Shown here: positions 1 through 9,071 of the stretch, piece after piece
How the letters are laid out: the number at the start of each line of letters is the position of its first letter
Position numbering within the stretch: position 1 is the stretch's first letter
Assembly (NCBI GenBank): GCA_046753845.1
Contig: JBHHUP010000002.1
Span: 11,061 to 75,060 of the forward strand
Origin: Thermodesulfobacteriota bacterium
Lineage (GTDB): Bacteria; Desulfobacterota; GWC2-55-46; JADFVP01
Length of the DNA stretch: 64,000 nt
Direction of reading: 5' to 3'
Made by a program: the position numbers and the translations under genes
The notes under the pieces: model-generated
The model's input: only the letters and a program-made list of their open reading frames with translations
Database searches by the model: none
Told to the model about the DNA's origin: nothing

Positions 1-417
1 CCGGACTCTTTTTCGGCTTATGGTAAAAAGTTTGAGATTCAAAAATTAAAAAATCCCTACAGGGCCCTTGAGAAGACAGACCCCGACCAGTTCAGGAAGA
101 CTGTGAGGCAGGGCGGCATTATATATTTTAAGAATTGTTTTTTCTGCCACGGAGCCTTGCTTGGTGGAAAGGGGCATTATGGACGCGCCTTTAACCCCGC
201 TCCGCTGCCTTTTAAAGGCGGTAATACCATAGCGCAGCTTCAGGAATCATATCTCTTCTGGAGGATAGTCACCGGAGGACCGGGGCTGCCTTATGAATCC
301 GCGCCATGGAGCTCGGCCATGCCTGCCTGGGAGGCCATGCTTTCCGGTGACGAGGTCTGGAAGACTATACTCTTTCTTTACGATTATACAGGCAACAGGC
401 CGCAGGAGTTGAGATGA
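1..417 (+). CDS. c-type cytochrome, C-terminal part (5' end upstream of window)
   Basis: Frame 1 is open from base 1. The only start before the haem motif is GTG at 103, which would leave no signal peptide. One CxxCH motif (CFFCHG). Confidence 0.7.
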   Translation, partial: PDSFSAYGKKFEIQKLKNPYRALEKTDPDQFRKTVRQGGIIYFKNCFFCHGALLGGKGHYGRAFNPAPLPFKGGNTIAQLQESYLFWRIVTGGPGLPYESAPWSSAMPAWEAMLSGDEVWKTILFLYDYTGNRPQELR

Positions 418-478
418 TTTTACTTGCAGGGAGCTCTCGGCTATCTTTAATCTTATCTGCACTTGGACAGGAGAGGGG

Positions 479-2011
479 ATGAAAAAGACTCTCTTAATTT
501 TTATGGTTTTCGCCCTATTAATTGTAGCGGTACGTCCTTCTTTTTCTGCCGATACAGAGAGGGGGAAGGATATATACGCAAGGTACTGCTGGTGGTGCCA
601 CGGTGAGTCCGGTGAAGGTAACGGCCCGGCCGCGGATTTTTTAAACCCTCAGCCACGGGATTTCACTTACGGGCTCTACAAGTGGAAGTCCACGCCCTTT
701 GATGAGCTTACCCCCGGGCACAGGGATTTTCTGGCTATGCTCGGTGGTGATGCTATTCGTGGTAAAGAAGGATGGAGCGGGTTAAAGGGCACTGCCATGC
801 CCGGCTGGAAGGGTGTGCTGAAGGACGGGGCCATTAACGATGTTATCGCTTACATAAAGAGTCTTGCCGAGCTTGGTGTGCCTGAGTTGGCTCCTGTAGA
901 TCTATCGGGGCAGATAAAGAATACAATAGTGAGCATTAAGAGAGGCAGTAAACTCTTTGCCGATAACTGCTCTGAGTGTCATGGTAAAGAGGGAAGGGGG
1001 GATGGAACAAAGCGCCTTAAAGACGATTTTGGCATAAGGACCTGGCCGAGAGACCTTACAAAACCATGGACATTCAGGGGCGGCAGCACCGCAGAGGATA
1101 TATATACAAGGATTACCGTTGGAATTCTTGGCACACAGATGCCGAGCTTTGATGACCCCGAGAGTAAAAAAAGGCTCTCAGCCAAGGAGCGGTGGGATAT
1201 AGCCAATTACGTAACCACCCTTGCAGAGCCCCTTATGAAGCCCTCCTCGGTGGGGCTTATCAGCGCCTTAAAGGTAGATGGGGCCCTTCCTGATAACCCT
1301 GACGATGAGCTCTGGGATAAGGCCCTGTACAGAAGTTTTTATCTTGCCCCTCAGATAATAGCCCCGGAGAGGCTCTTTACCCCTACCGTGGATTCTATAT
1401 CCGTAAAGTCTCTTTATAACGATGATGAAGCTGCCTTTCTCCTTATGTGGGACGACCGTACAGAGAGCTTGCCGGGACAAAAAGCATCGGCAAAGCTCGC
1501 CGAGGGCGAGGTCTTTAGAGATGGCGCGGCAGTAGAGCTTCCCATTAAGAGGCTGGAGGGGGCGAAGAGGCCCTACTTTGGTATGGGCGATGCGCGTGAC
1601 CCTGTACGGATATTATTCTGGCAGGGAGGAAGCTCGAGCGCACCGGAGCGTCTTAGTCTGATAACGGCGCGCGGAGAAAAAAATATCTCAAGCAAACCCG
1701 CTCCCGCGGCCTTTTCTGCCAGAGGTTTGTACAGTAACGGCAGGTGGAGGGTGGTTATGAAGGGGCCTCTTAAGGCACTCTATACGGGGTTAAGCGCTTC
1801 AACCGAAGAAGAACCCCTTATACCTCTGGCCTTTGCCCTCTGGGACGGCTCTAATGGCGAGAAAGGCTCGCGCCATGTTTTCTCAGGCTGGCACTGGTTG
1901 GCGCTAAAGGCTGAAGAGGGCCGGGGGCACGCTTTATTATGGGCACTGGTTGTTTTTGGCCTGGTATTTCTCGCGGAGCTTATTATAGCTCGCGAGTTAC
2001 GCAGTAGATGA
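479..2011 (+). CDS. dihaem cytochrome c fused to an EB_dh/NxrC-EbdC-like haem-b domain, with C-terminal membrane anchor
   Basis: Signal-peptide-like N-terminus and two CxxCH motifs (CWWCHG, CSECHG). The C-terminal half has the ELWDKA...APQ...VKSLYNDDEAAFLLMWDD...ALWDGSNGEKG pattern typical of ethylbenzene-dehydrogenase gamma-like domains. There is a terminal hydrophobic helix. Confidence 0.8.
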   Translation: MKKTLLIFMVFALLIVAVRPSFSADTERGKDIYARYCWWCHGESGEGNGPAADFLNPQPRDFTYGLYKWKSTPFDELTPGHRDFLAMLGGDAIRGKEGWSGLKGTAMPGWKGVLKDGAINDVIAYIKSLAELGVPELAPVDLSGQIKNTIVSIKRGSKLFADNCSECHGKEGRGDGTKRLKDDFGIRTWPRDLTKPWTFRGGSTAEDIYTRITVGILGTQMPSFDDPESKKRLSAKERWDIANYVTTLAEPLMKPSSVGLISALKVDGALPDNPDDELWDKALYRSFYLAPQIIAPERLFTPTVDSISVKSLYNDDEAAFLLMWDDRTESLPGQKASAKLAEGEVFRDGAAVELPIKRLEGAKRPYFGMGDARDPVRILFWQGGSSSAPERLSLITARGEKNISSKPAPAAFSARGLYSNGRWRVVMKGPLKALYTGLSASTEEEPLIPLAFALWDGSNGEKGSRHVFSGWHWLALKAEEGRGHALLWALVVFGLVFLAELIIARELRSR

Positions 2012-2221
2012 GCCCTTACGGTTTTTCAGGTGACCGAGAAACATCAATGCCCCGCCGGAGATAAGAAGTGCGTAATTAAATGGATCTGCCGAGAGGTCGG
2101 CCTTTAAGGTTATCATTGTATTTAAGAGCCCCGTAAATAGGAGGATGGCACCGAAAAAACGCCAGCCCACTCCTCTTACTTTTTTCGTGCTTATCGTCTT
2201 GTCCTTTGTTTTGTTATTCAT
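1997..2221 (-). CDS. small two-helix membrane protein, hypothetical
   Basis: 74 aa with two hydrophobic segments. A G-rich RBS (GGGGGGAG) lies about 12 nt upstream. It sits directly downstream of the radical SAM gene on the same strand. Confidence 0.45.
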   Translation of the reverse strand: MNNKTKDKTISTKKVRGVGWRFFGAILLFTGLLNTMITLKADLSADPFNYALLISGGALMFLGHLKNRKGSSTA

Positions 2222-2245
2222 CTTCTTGAGACTCCCCCCCTTTTC

Positions 2246-3481
2246 TTATGTTCTGCCTGTCTTGCCCCTCAGGCGGGCCATTATCTCAGGTGTTATCTCG
2301 GTAATTCCCATGTGCCTTGCGTAGCGTTCAAGACCTTTAGAGACCATGGGTCTAAGAAAACGTGGAACCTGTAAAAGGCGCGCCTCTGCATCTTTTGTCC
2401 ACTGAATGGACTTATCTTTTTTGGCGCTTACCGCATTATTCACAGCCTCGTAAGTACACGATGGGTCCGAGGCCAGGAGCTCACCCTTTTCCGCTATGGC
2501 CCTGGCCCTGCATCCTCCGCAGATATCCTTATAAGAGCAGAGTCCGCACCTGCCTCTTAGCCCCTGGCCGCGGAGCCCCATAAAGGTTTTTTCCTTCTCC
2601 CATATCTCCTGTAAGGTCTTCCCTCCCGCGCCTATATGCGGGGCCCCCGTTTCTGCCGGGATATATGGGCAGGGGGTAATCTCGCCAAGGGGGGTTATTC
2701 TCATGTAGGAACTTCCCGCGATGCACCCGCAGGTGTTGCCCATAAGGAGCGGGCTCTCGGGGTCTATGGCCGCAAGGTGGCGCATGAACTGCGGGGCGCA
2801 TCTTGCGCGGAGCTTCAGCCTCTCTTCAAGCCCTCCGGTCCTTCGCGCTATTTCAGTAAGGATGGTCTCATATGACTCGGGTTTCAGGCTTGTCTCTTCA
2901 TCTGTCTCTGTAGCGGCCCTGCCGGTACAGACCGTAAAAAAGATATTTAACGCCTTTGCGCCGCTCTTAAGAGAGAGCTCTATCATGGACTCGAGCTCGG
3001 ACTTATTCTCTTCAGTTACGGTAAAGTGAATCTGAAACTCAATGCCGGCCGCCTTCAGGAGTTCCATGCCTCTGATGGTCTTGGCCCACTCTCCGCTAAG
3101 ACCTCTAAAGCGGTCGTGATAGAGCGGCGTGGCAGAATCAAGGCTTACTCCCACGCCTAGGGTACCGGCCTTCTTAAGCCTCTGTACCATAAGCTCGTCA
3201 AGCTCGGCTCCGCTTGTACCGAGAAAGACCGTCAGCCCCCTCTTGGTTGCTACTCTTATTATGGTGAATATATCGGGGCGAAGGAGCGGTTCGCCGCCCG
3301 TTAATATGAGTATGGCCCCTGGGCTGAACTCGGCAATTTCATCAACAATGGCCAGGGCCCTACTTGCCCCGGCCTCTGCTCCGCCGGTCATGGCAAGGCT
3401 ATCCATATAACAGTGCGGACACTTCAGGGCGCACCTTCTTGTGATATTCCATGAGATGATATAAGGTGGGGATTCAGTCAT
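2246..3481 (-). CDS. radical SAM/SPASM protein (NirJ/AhbD-like) with extra C-terminal PCP_red-like domain
   Basis: CxxxCxxC motif (CALKCPHC) near the N-terminus. Cys-rich SPASM-like region (CGCIAGS...CGLCSYKDICGGCRARA). The C-terminal roughly 50 aa are WTKDAEARLLQVPRFLRPMV...ITPEIM. Confidence 0.85.
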   Translation of the reverse strand: MTESPPYIISWNITRRCALKCPHCYMDSLAMTGGAEAGASRALAIVDEIAEFSPGAILILTGGEPLLRPDIFTIIRVATKRGLTVFLGTSGAELDELMVQRLKKAGTLGVGVSLDSATPLYHDRFRGLSGEWAKTIRGMELLKAAGIEFQIHFTVTEENKSELESMIELSLKSGAKALNIFFTVCTGRAATETDEETSLKPESYETILTEIARRTGGLEERLKLRARCAPQFMRHLAAIDPESPLLMGNTCGCIAGSSYMRITPLGEITPCPYIPAETGAPHIGAGGKTLQEIWEKEKTFMGLRGQGLRGRCGLCSYKDICGGCRARAIAEKGELLASDPSCTYEAVNNAVSAKKDKSIQWTKDAEARLLQVPRFLRPMVSKGLERYARHMGITEITPEIMARLRGKTGRT

Positions 3482-3483
3482 TG

Positions 3484-4665
3484 TCAGAGTCCAAGGTCTT
3501 TTTTAAACCTCTCCATAAAGAGGGGTGTTATCTCAGATACCCCTGCGTCAATGGCGGCCTCGGTTATCATGGCACGGGCGGCCTTTCTCGCAAATGCAGG
3601 GATGGGCAGCAGTTTTGCCTCGGCCTCCGCTGTCCAGGAGGGGTTTTTGTCCTCCTCTTTCTCGGGAGGCAATGCGGTGTAATCCTCTGTGGAGATAAGT
3701 AGATTAGTATCGCATGATCGCAGACAATTTTCCGTAACGCTTCCTATATCAAGGTCTGAACCCCCATGAACACCCGTCTTGCCGAGGACGAGAAAACGAG
3801 GTTTTTTTACGTGGACGTAGCGGGCAATTTCGTCAAATGCCTTTCCTGAGAGCAGCTCGTAGCGGGCCTTAACGCCAAGCTCTTCGGCAAGGTTTACCGC
3901 CGACTCAAGGTGGTCGCCGTATATTTTCGCTAACCCCCGGTCAATGATATTATTATGCAGCTCTTTCTGGTCTTCAAAGCGGAAGACCCGTGATGCCTCA
4001 TTTGTGAGGATACCGGCGATGGAGCGGAAGGCCGAGTGGTGAAACTCCGGATCATAGACGCTTATTATATGAAGGGGGCAGTTAAAGATCTTTGCGAGCT
4101 TTACGCCTTGCCTGAGGGCCCCGTAGGAGCGCGGGCTTCCGTCTATGGCCGCCACTACGCCATCGCCAACCCCGGTAAGGCCTTTACGTACGATAAGGGT
4201 GTCTTTAGCGGCTCTACGCGCTACCCGTTCGCATACCGAGCCAATGCGGCTCTTATCAGTCACCCCGAGGCCAAGTGCGCCGAGGACTACAAGGTCGTAT
4301 GAGCCCTCGTTAACCTCGCGGACAATCTCAGAGTAGTTTTTGCCCTCTCTGCTTAGCCCTCTGGGTGTAAGCCCCGCTGTGGAGGCCTTTGTGTGCAGCA
4401 CTGTCATGTAGGAGTCTGAGATAATCTCAAGGCCCTTTGTTATAAGGTCGTCATGTATGGACCTCTGGCGCTTGAGCTCTTCCTCGGCCTGATATTTCTC
4501 AGGCAGGCCGCCCTCCATCTGACGGAACCTATCGTTGTGGAGACGCGCTGCGTATACATGCAGCCCTGTTAAAGAGGCCGAGCCCCCAAGGGCTATATCT
4601 ATGGCCAGGTCAATGCCGGCAGTGGAATCATCAGAGTTATCAAGGCAGATAAGTATATCTTTCAT
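3484..4665 (-). CDS. tandem universal stress protein (UspA) domains plus C-terminal PCP_red-like domain
   Basis: Two Usp-like halves (ILICLDNSD...LVVLGALG and VVAAIDGSP...LVLGKTGVHG). The C-terminus is WTAEAEAKLLPIPAFARKAARAMI...ITPLFM, paralogous to the tail of the neighbouring gene. Confidence 0.8.
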   Translation of the reverse strand: MKDILICLDNSDDSTAGIDLAIDIALGGSASLTGLHVYAARLHNDRFRQMEGGLPEKYQAEEELKRQRSIHDDLITKGLEIISDSYMTVLHTKASTAGLTPRGLSREGKNYSEIVREVNEGSYDLVVLGALGLGVTDKSRIGSVCERVARRAAKDTLIVRKGLTGVGDGVVAAIDGSPRSYGALRQGVKLAKIFNCPLHIISVYDPEFHHSAFRSIAGILTNEASRVFRFEDQKELHNNIIDRGLAKIYGDHLESAVNLAEELGVKARYELLSGKAFDEIARYVHVKKPRFLVLGKTGVHGGSDLDIGSVTENCLRSCDTNLLISTEDYTALPPEKEEDKNPSWTAEAEAKLLPIPAFARKAARAMITEAAIDAGVSEITPLFMERFKKDLGL

Positions 4666-4697
4666 GTTTTTCAGCTCTTAAGGTTAGTTGGCGGAGG

Positions 4698-5990
4698 TTA
4701 AACGAAGAGGTTTGTCTGGGCCGGGCCCTGAGGGGTTACTTTCTCACGTTTTCCGAGGATGTTGATTTTTCCGAACTCACCGTCAAAACCCGGTGTAATA
4801 TTAACCTCACCACGGCGCATCTTTATGATTGCTCCGGCTGCGCGCTCTCCGGCGAGCCCGATTAAATCCCCTTCACTCATATCAAGGAGTATATGAAACT
4901 CATCTCCGCCCTCTGAGATAATCCTCATGTACTCACTCTGCACCCGCTTTGAGGCAACCCCGAAACCCATTGCCTCGGAGAGTATCTCTACAAGGGGGAT
5001 GATGTGTCTTGAGGGTATGGCGTTCTCTGGTACAAAACCCTCGGGTCTGTCGGCAAGTTCCTGCACCCGGCTGAGAACCCCTACGGTAAGCCCCTTACCG
5101 CATACAGGGCATAGGCCCCCTGCCTTTATGGTCTCATCGGGGCCGAATAGCACGCCGCAGTTTCTATGCCCGTCGGCGTGGTACTTACCTTCTTCAGGAA
5201 AAAATTCTATGGTAAACAAAAACCTCTCGCGGTCTTTTGTCTTTATAATATCCATAATATTACCGTAGCTCGGGGCGCACTCAAAGACATTTGCCTCTCT
5301 ACCGAGTTTTGATGGCGAGTGGGCATCGGAGTTGGAGATTAAGGTGATATTGTCAAGTGCAGAAAGCCGCCAGTTCATTGCGGGGTTTGACGATAACCCC
5401 GTCTCAATTGCGTGGATATGGGGGGCGTACTCGCCGAAACATTCCTCAATGGAGTTAAATCCCGAGCGGCTGCCGAATATTGAGAACCAGGGCGTCCAGG
5501 CATGAGCCGGAACAAGCATGGCATGAGGCGATGCCTCAAGGACTATCTTAATAAGGTCCTTTGCCGAAAAACCGAATATGGGCCGCCCGTCGGAGCCTAT
5601 GTTCCCGATGGCTCCGAGGGTGGTCTTAATGCTCTTTGCCACATCAATAGAGGGTACGAATATAAGGTTGTGTATCTTTCTTGTGCGCTCCCCCTGTTTG
5701 AAGATATTGCTTACCTCAGTTGTAAGGATAAAGCGCAGGGGGCGTAGGGTGTCCTGTTTTTTATCCTCCCCCTTAAGCATGAAGAGACCGTCTTCAGCCG
5801 GTTCAAGGAGCTCTTCTATGGCGGCAAAGTGCGCCGGGTGTGTAAAGTCGCCCGTGCTTACGATGTCTATGCCCTTCCATCGCGCCCACTGGGCCATCTC
5901 CACAAGGTTCATCTTAGGGCTCGTGGCCCGTGAATACTTGCTGTGTATATGCAGGTCCGCTATTAAACGCATGATATATATTAAGCTCAC
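4698..5990 (-). CDS. PHP-domain endonuclease Q (EndoQ)-like protein
   Basis: N-terminal ADLHIHSKYSRATS PHP motif, then STGDFTHP, and a zinc-finger-like CPVCGKGLTVGV. The GTG start overlaps the fabI stop (GTGA). Confidence 0.7.
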   Translation of the reverse strand: MSLIYIMRLIADLHIHSKYSRATSPKMNLVEMAQWARWKGIDIVSTGDFTHPAHFAAIEELLEPAEDGLFMLKGEDKKQDTLRPLRFILTTEVSNIFKQGERTRKIHNLIFVPSIDVAKSIKTTLGAIGNIGSDGRPIFGFSAKDLIKIVLEASPHAMLVPAHAWTPWFSIFGSRSGFNSIEECFGEYAPHIHAIETGLSSNPAMNWRLSALDNITLISNSDAHSPSKLGREANVFECAPSYGNIMDIIKTKDRERFLFTIEFFPEEGKYHADGHRNCGVLFGPDETIKAGGLCPVCGKGLTVGVLSRVQELADRPEGFVPENAIPSRHIIPLVEILSEAMGFGVASKRVQSEYMRIISEGGDEFHILLDMSEGDLIGLAGERAAGAIIKMRRGEVNITPGFDGEFGKINILGKREKVTPQGPAQTNLFV

Positions 5991-6757
5991 ATGCCGATGA
6001 TATTATATCCGCCGTCTACGAAGACCGTCTCTCCTGTTACGCCTTTTGATAGCTCGCTTAAGAGGTAAAGCGCTGTGCCGGCAACATCGTCTTGTGTGAC
6101 GTTGCGCCGCAGCGGTGCTTTTTGCTCGACAATATCGAGCATCTTTCTAAATCCCGATATGCCCATGGCGGCAAGTGTTCTTACCGGCCCGGCGGAGATG
6201 GCGTTTACACGCACACCGCGTTTACCGAGGTCTTCTGCGAGGTACTGCACGCTTGTCTCAAGGGCCGCCTTGGCTACCCCCATTACATTATAGTTCTCTA
6301 TTACCTTTGTGCTCCCGTAATAGGTCATGGCCATGATGGACCCGCCCCGAACCTCCAGAAGAGGGGCCGCTGCTCTTGAGAGTGCTACGAGGGAGTAGGC
6401 GCTTATATCAAGGGCGGTCTTGAAGCCCTCGCGAGAGGTCTGGAGAAACTCGTTTTTGAGCTCTTCTTTTTTGGCAAAGGCAAGGGAGTGCACGAGGATA
6501 TCAAGGGCTCCCCATTCGTCTTTTATGGTCTTGAATACGGCGGTAATTTCCTCATCATTTGTGACATCGCAGGGCATGATTATCTTCACGCCAAGAGACT
6601 CTGCAAGAGGCCGGACTCTTGACTCAAGCACTGGGCCCGCGTATGTGAAGGCCAGCTCGGCTCCTTCCGCTTTCAGGCGTTTTGCTATGGCCCAGGCGAT
6701 GCTCTTTTCGTTGGCCACCCCGAATATAACCCCTTTTTTGCCATCCAGAAGTCCCAT
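5987..6757 (-). CDS. fabI: enoyl-ACP reductase (NADH)
   Basis: 256 aa. GVANEKSIAWAIA N-terminus plus the Y...K active-site region typical of FabI. Confidence 0.92.
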   Translation of the reverse strand: MGLLDGKKGVIFGVANEKSIAWAIAKRLKAEGAELAFTYAGPVLESRVRPLAESLGVKIIMPCDVTNDEEITAVFKTIKDEWGALDILVHSLAFAKKEELKNEFLQTSREGFKTALDISAYSLVALSRAAAPLLEVRGGSIMAMTYYGSTKVIENYNVMGVAKAALETSVQYLAEDLGKRGVRVNAISAGPVRTLAAMGISGFRKMLDIVEQKAPLRRNVTQDDVAGTALYLLSELSKGVTGETVFVDGGYNIIGM

Positions 6758-7010
6758 GGCCAGCCCTCCTATCTTAAGTTATTATTTAGCACGAGTATGA
6801 GTATGAGATAACATTATTTGGCCTATGATTCAACTCTTACTTTTTTTCTCAAGAGTCTGCCATAGCCCCCTATCCGGTCTTCGGCGGTAAATGCCTTTAA
6901 ATAGAAGGGCTATCTAAAGATAACTGTTCTGTATGGTATGAAGTCCTTGCCCATTTACTCGTTTTCTGGTAAATTTATGCTAATACAATAAACACCATAA
7001 GGAGCATCCT

Positions 7011-7499
7011 ATGTCTTATGAACACTTTGAGGAAAAAGAGGCGGTAAAGATTGCCGCCCTGATTGAGACGAATGGACTGAAGTTTTATAATATCCTCGGC
7101 GGAAGGGTTACTGACCCGGAGGTGAAAACCATTATTAGTAATCTGGCAAGGGACGAGAAACAACACCTTCAGGTTATAGAGAAGATGTTTTTCCCGCGCG
7201 CCGGCTTCACCGAGCAGATAACCGATGAGGAAGTGGCCATGGAGGCCAATATTGAGAGCAGCGGCCAGGCTGATATTTTTACAAAACATGTGAATATGGA
7301 AGAGGTTATCAACGCCCTTGGTACCCCTGTTAAGGCCCTTGAGCTTGCACTTGAGGCCGAGAAGTATTCCGTTACATTTTTTACAGAGCTCTCCGAGAAG
7401 GCAGAGACCCAAGAGTCAAGACGGCTTTATGAGGAGCTTGCCGATGAAGAAAAGAGGCACGTGGCCAAGGTAGAAGGCATCATAGCCAGAATTTCCTAA
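7011..7499 (+). CDS. rubrerythrin/ferritin-like di-iron protein
   Basis: Two ExxH motifs (DEKQH, EEKRH) in a four-helix-like repeat. An AAGGAG RBS lies upstream. Confidence 0.75.
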   Translation: MSYEHFEEKEAVKIAALIETNGLKFYNILGGRVTDPEVKTIISNLARDEKQHLQVIEKMFFPRAGFTEQITDEEVAMEANIESSGQADIFTKHVNMEEVINALGTPVKALELALEAEKYSVTFFTELSEKAETQESRRLYEELADEEKRHVAKVEGIIARIS

Positions 7500-7541
7500 G
7501 TCTCATACTGTTAACTAAGTTTCCCCCCTTTTCCCTCATGA

Positions 7542-7574
7542 CCTTACCGGAGTACCGGTAAGGCCGGTTTTTTT
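7542..7574 (+). terminator. rho-independent terminator
   Basis: Perfect 9-bp stem CCTTACCGG-agta-CCGGTAAGG, followed by ccgg and a T7 run. Confidence 0.7.
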
Positions 7575-7594
7575 CCATTAGTGGTATAACCGCT

Positions 7595-8587
7595 ATGCCT
7601 GAGTTCAGACTCAACCTTATATCAAGAGAATGGGTGGTCCTAAACGCCGAGCGGGCCCGCGGTCCGGCGGAGTTCCGCCGTGGTGTGACTCGCAGCCCAA
7701 AGCCCTCTTACCTTGATTCATGTCCATTCTGCCCCGGTAACGAGGGTGCACCGGAGAATGAGCTCTACCGCGTCTCTGATAACGGCGGCTGGAAGATAAG
7801 GGTATTAAAGAATAAATATCCCGTACTCTCTATGGAGGGCGAGCCCGTAAGGACAATGGACGGGCCAATGAGAATGGTGAGCGGTGTGGGGCTTCATGAG
7901 GTAATAGTGGAGAGCCCGCTTCACGACACGAGCCCTGCCTTCTTTGAGTTAACTCACATGGTAAAGCTGCTATCCATTTACCGCAGCCGTTTTAATAATG
8001 CCTATCTCGACAAGAGGGTGGAGCATGTGATTATCTTCAAAAATCATGGCCCTGCTTCGGGAACATCCATCGAACATCCGCATTCGCAGCTTGTTGCCAC
8101 ACCTGTTGTTCCGGCGCGTTTTCGCGATAGGATCCTCGCCGCCATGCAATACTTTGACGATACGGGAAAATGCATTAAATGCGATATGATAGAAAAAGAG
8201 AGGGCCGATAGTGAGAGGGTTATCCTTGAGACTGAGCACTTTATTACCTTCATACCCTTTGCTGCCCTTTCCCCATTTCACTTATGGATATTCCCGAAGA
8301 GGCACATGGCGGTTTTTTCCGGCATAAATGAGGATGAGATAAAGGACCTTGCCCTTCACATGAAGACTATTCTCCATAAGTTGCACGTTGGCCTTGATGA
8401 CCCTGATTACAATTACTCAATAAGTTCGAGCGCCACAAGGCACAGCAAGAGCGAGTTTTCCCACTGGTATATATCCATCATTCCGAGACTCATTGAGACC
8501 ACGGGCTTTGAGCTCGGCAGCGGCATATACGTAAACCCCTCCATGCCTGAGAAGAACGCCGAGTTTTTGCGCGCCATTGAGGAATAG
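7595..8587 (+). CDS. galT: galactose-1-phosphate uridylyltransferase family (HIT-like)
   Basis: 330 aa. Zn-site CPFCPGNE and the HPHSQ active-site histidine motif. Confidence 0.78.
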   Translation: MPEFRLNLISREWVVLNAERARGPAEFRRGVTRSPKPSYLDSCPFCPGNEGAPENELYRVSDNGGWKIRVLKNKYPVLSMEGEPVRTMDGPMRMVSGVGLHEVIVESPLHDTSPAFFELTHMVKLLSIYRSRFNNAYLDKRVEHVIIFKNHGPASGTSIEHPHSQLVATPVVPARFRDRILAAMQYFDDTGKCIKCDMIEKERADSERVILETEHFITFIPFAALSPFHLWIFPKRHMAVFSGINEDEIKDLALHMKTILHKLHVGLDDPDYNYSISSSATRHSKSEFSHWYISIIPRLIETTGFELGSGIYVNPSMPEKNAEFLRAIEE

Positions 8588-8597
8588 CGGTAATTAT

Positions 8598-9026
8598 ATG
8601 GAAAAAATTTATAAAAATCCCCTGCCCACGGTAGACATCATCATAGAACTCGCCGGCGGCGGTATTGTCTTGATTAAGAGAAAAAATCCCCCTTTTGGCT
8701 GGGCCATACCCGGCGGTTTTGTAGACGAGGGCGAGTCCCTTGAGGACGCGGCCAGACGCGAGGCCCTTGAGGAGACGGGCCTTGAGGTCAATCTTGTTTG
8801 CCAGATGCACACCTACTCAGATCCTAAAAGGGACCTGCGTTTTCATACCATTACTACGGTATTCGTGGCGACTGCTGTTGGCAGCCCCACCGCCGGAGAC
8901 GATGCCGCCGAGGCAGTGGTTTTTACGGAAGAAAATTTACCTGAAAATATGGCCTTTGACCACAAAGAGGTGATGGGTGACTACTTCCGCTGGAAGAAGG
9001 AGGGGTTTGGGGTCTTTTGGGTTTGA
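8598..9026 (+). CDS. NUDIX hydrolase
   Basis: Nudix box [27 protein letters not shown] at 8598 is preferred over the TTG at 8577, which overlaps galT. Confidence 0.85.
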   Translation: MEKIYKNPLPTVDIIIELAGGGIVLIKRKNPPFGWAIPGGFVDEGESLEDAARREALEETGLEVNLVCQMHTYSDPKRDLRFHTITTVFVATAVGSPTAGDDAAEAVVFTEENLPENMAFDHKEVMGDYFRWKKEGFGVFWV

Positions 9027-9071
9027 TAAGTAAAAGGATGGGTAGAGCAGAGCGTAACCCATCAAAAGAAC

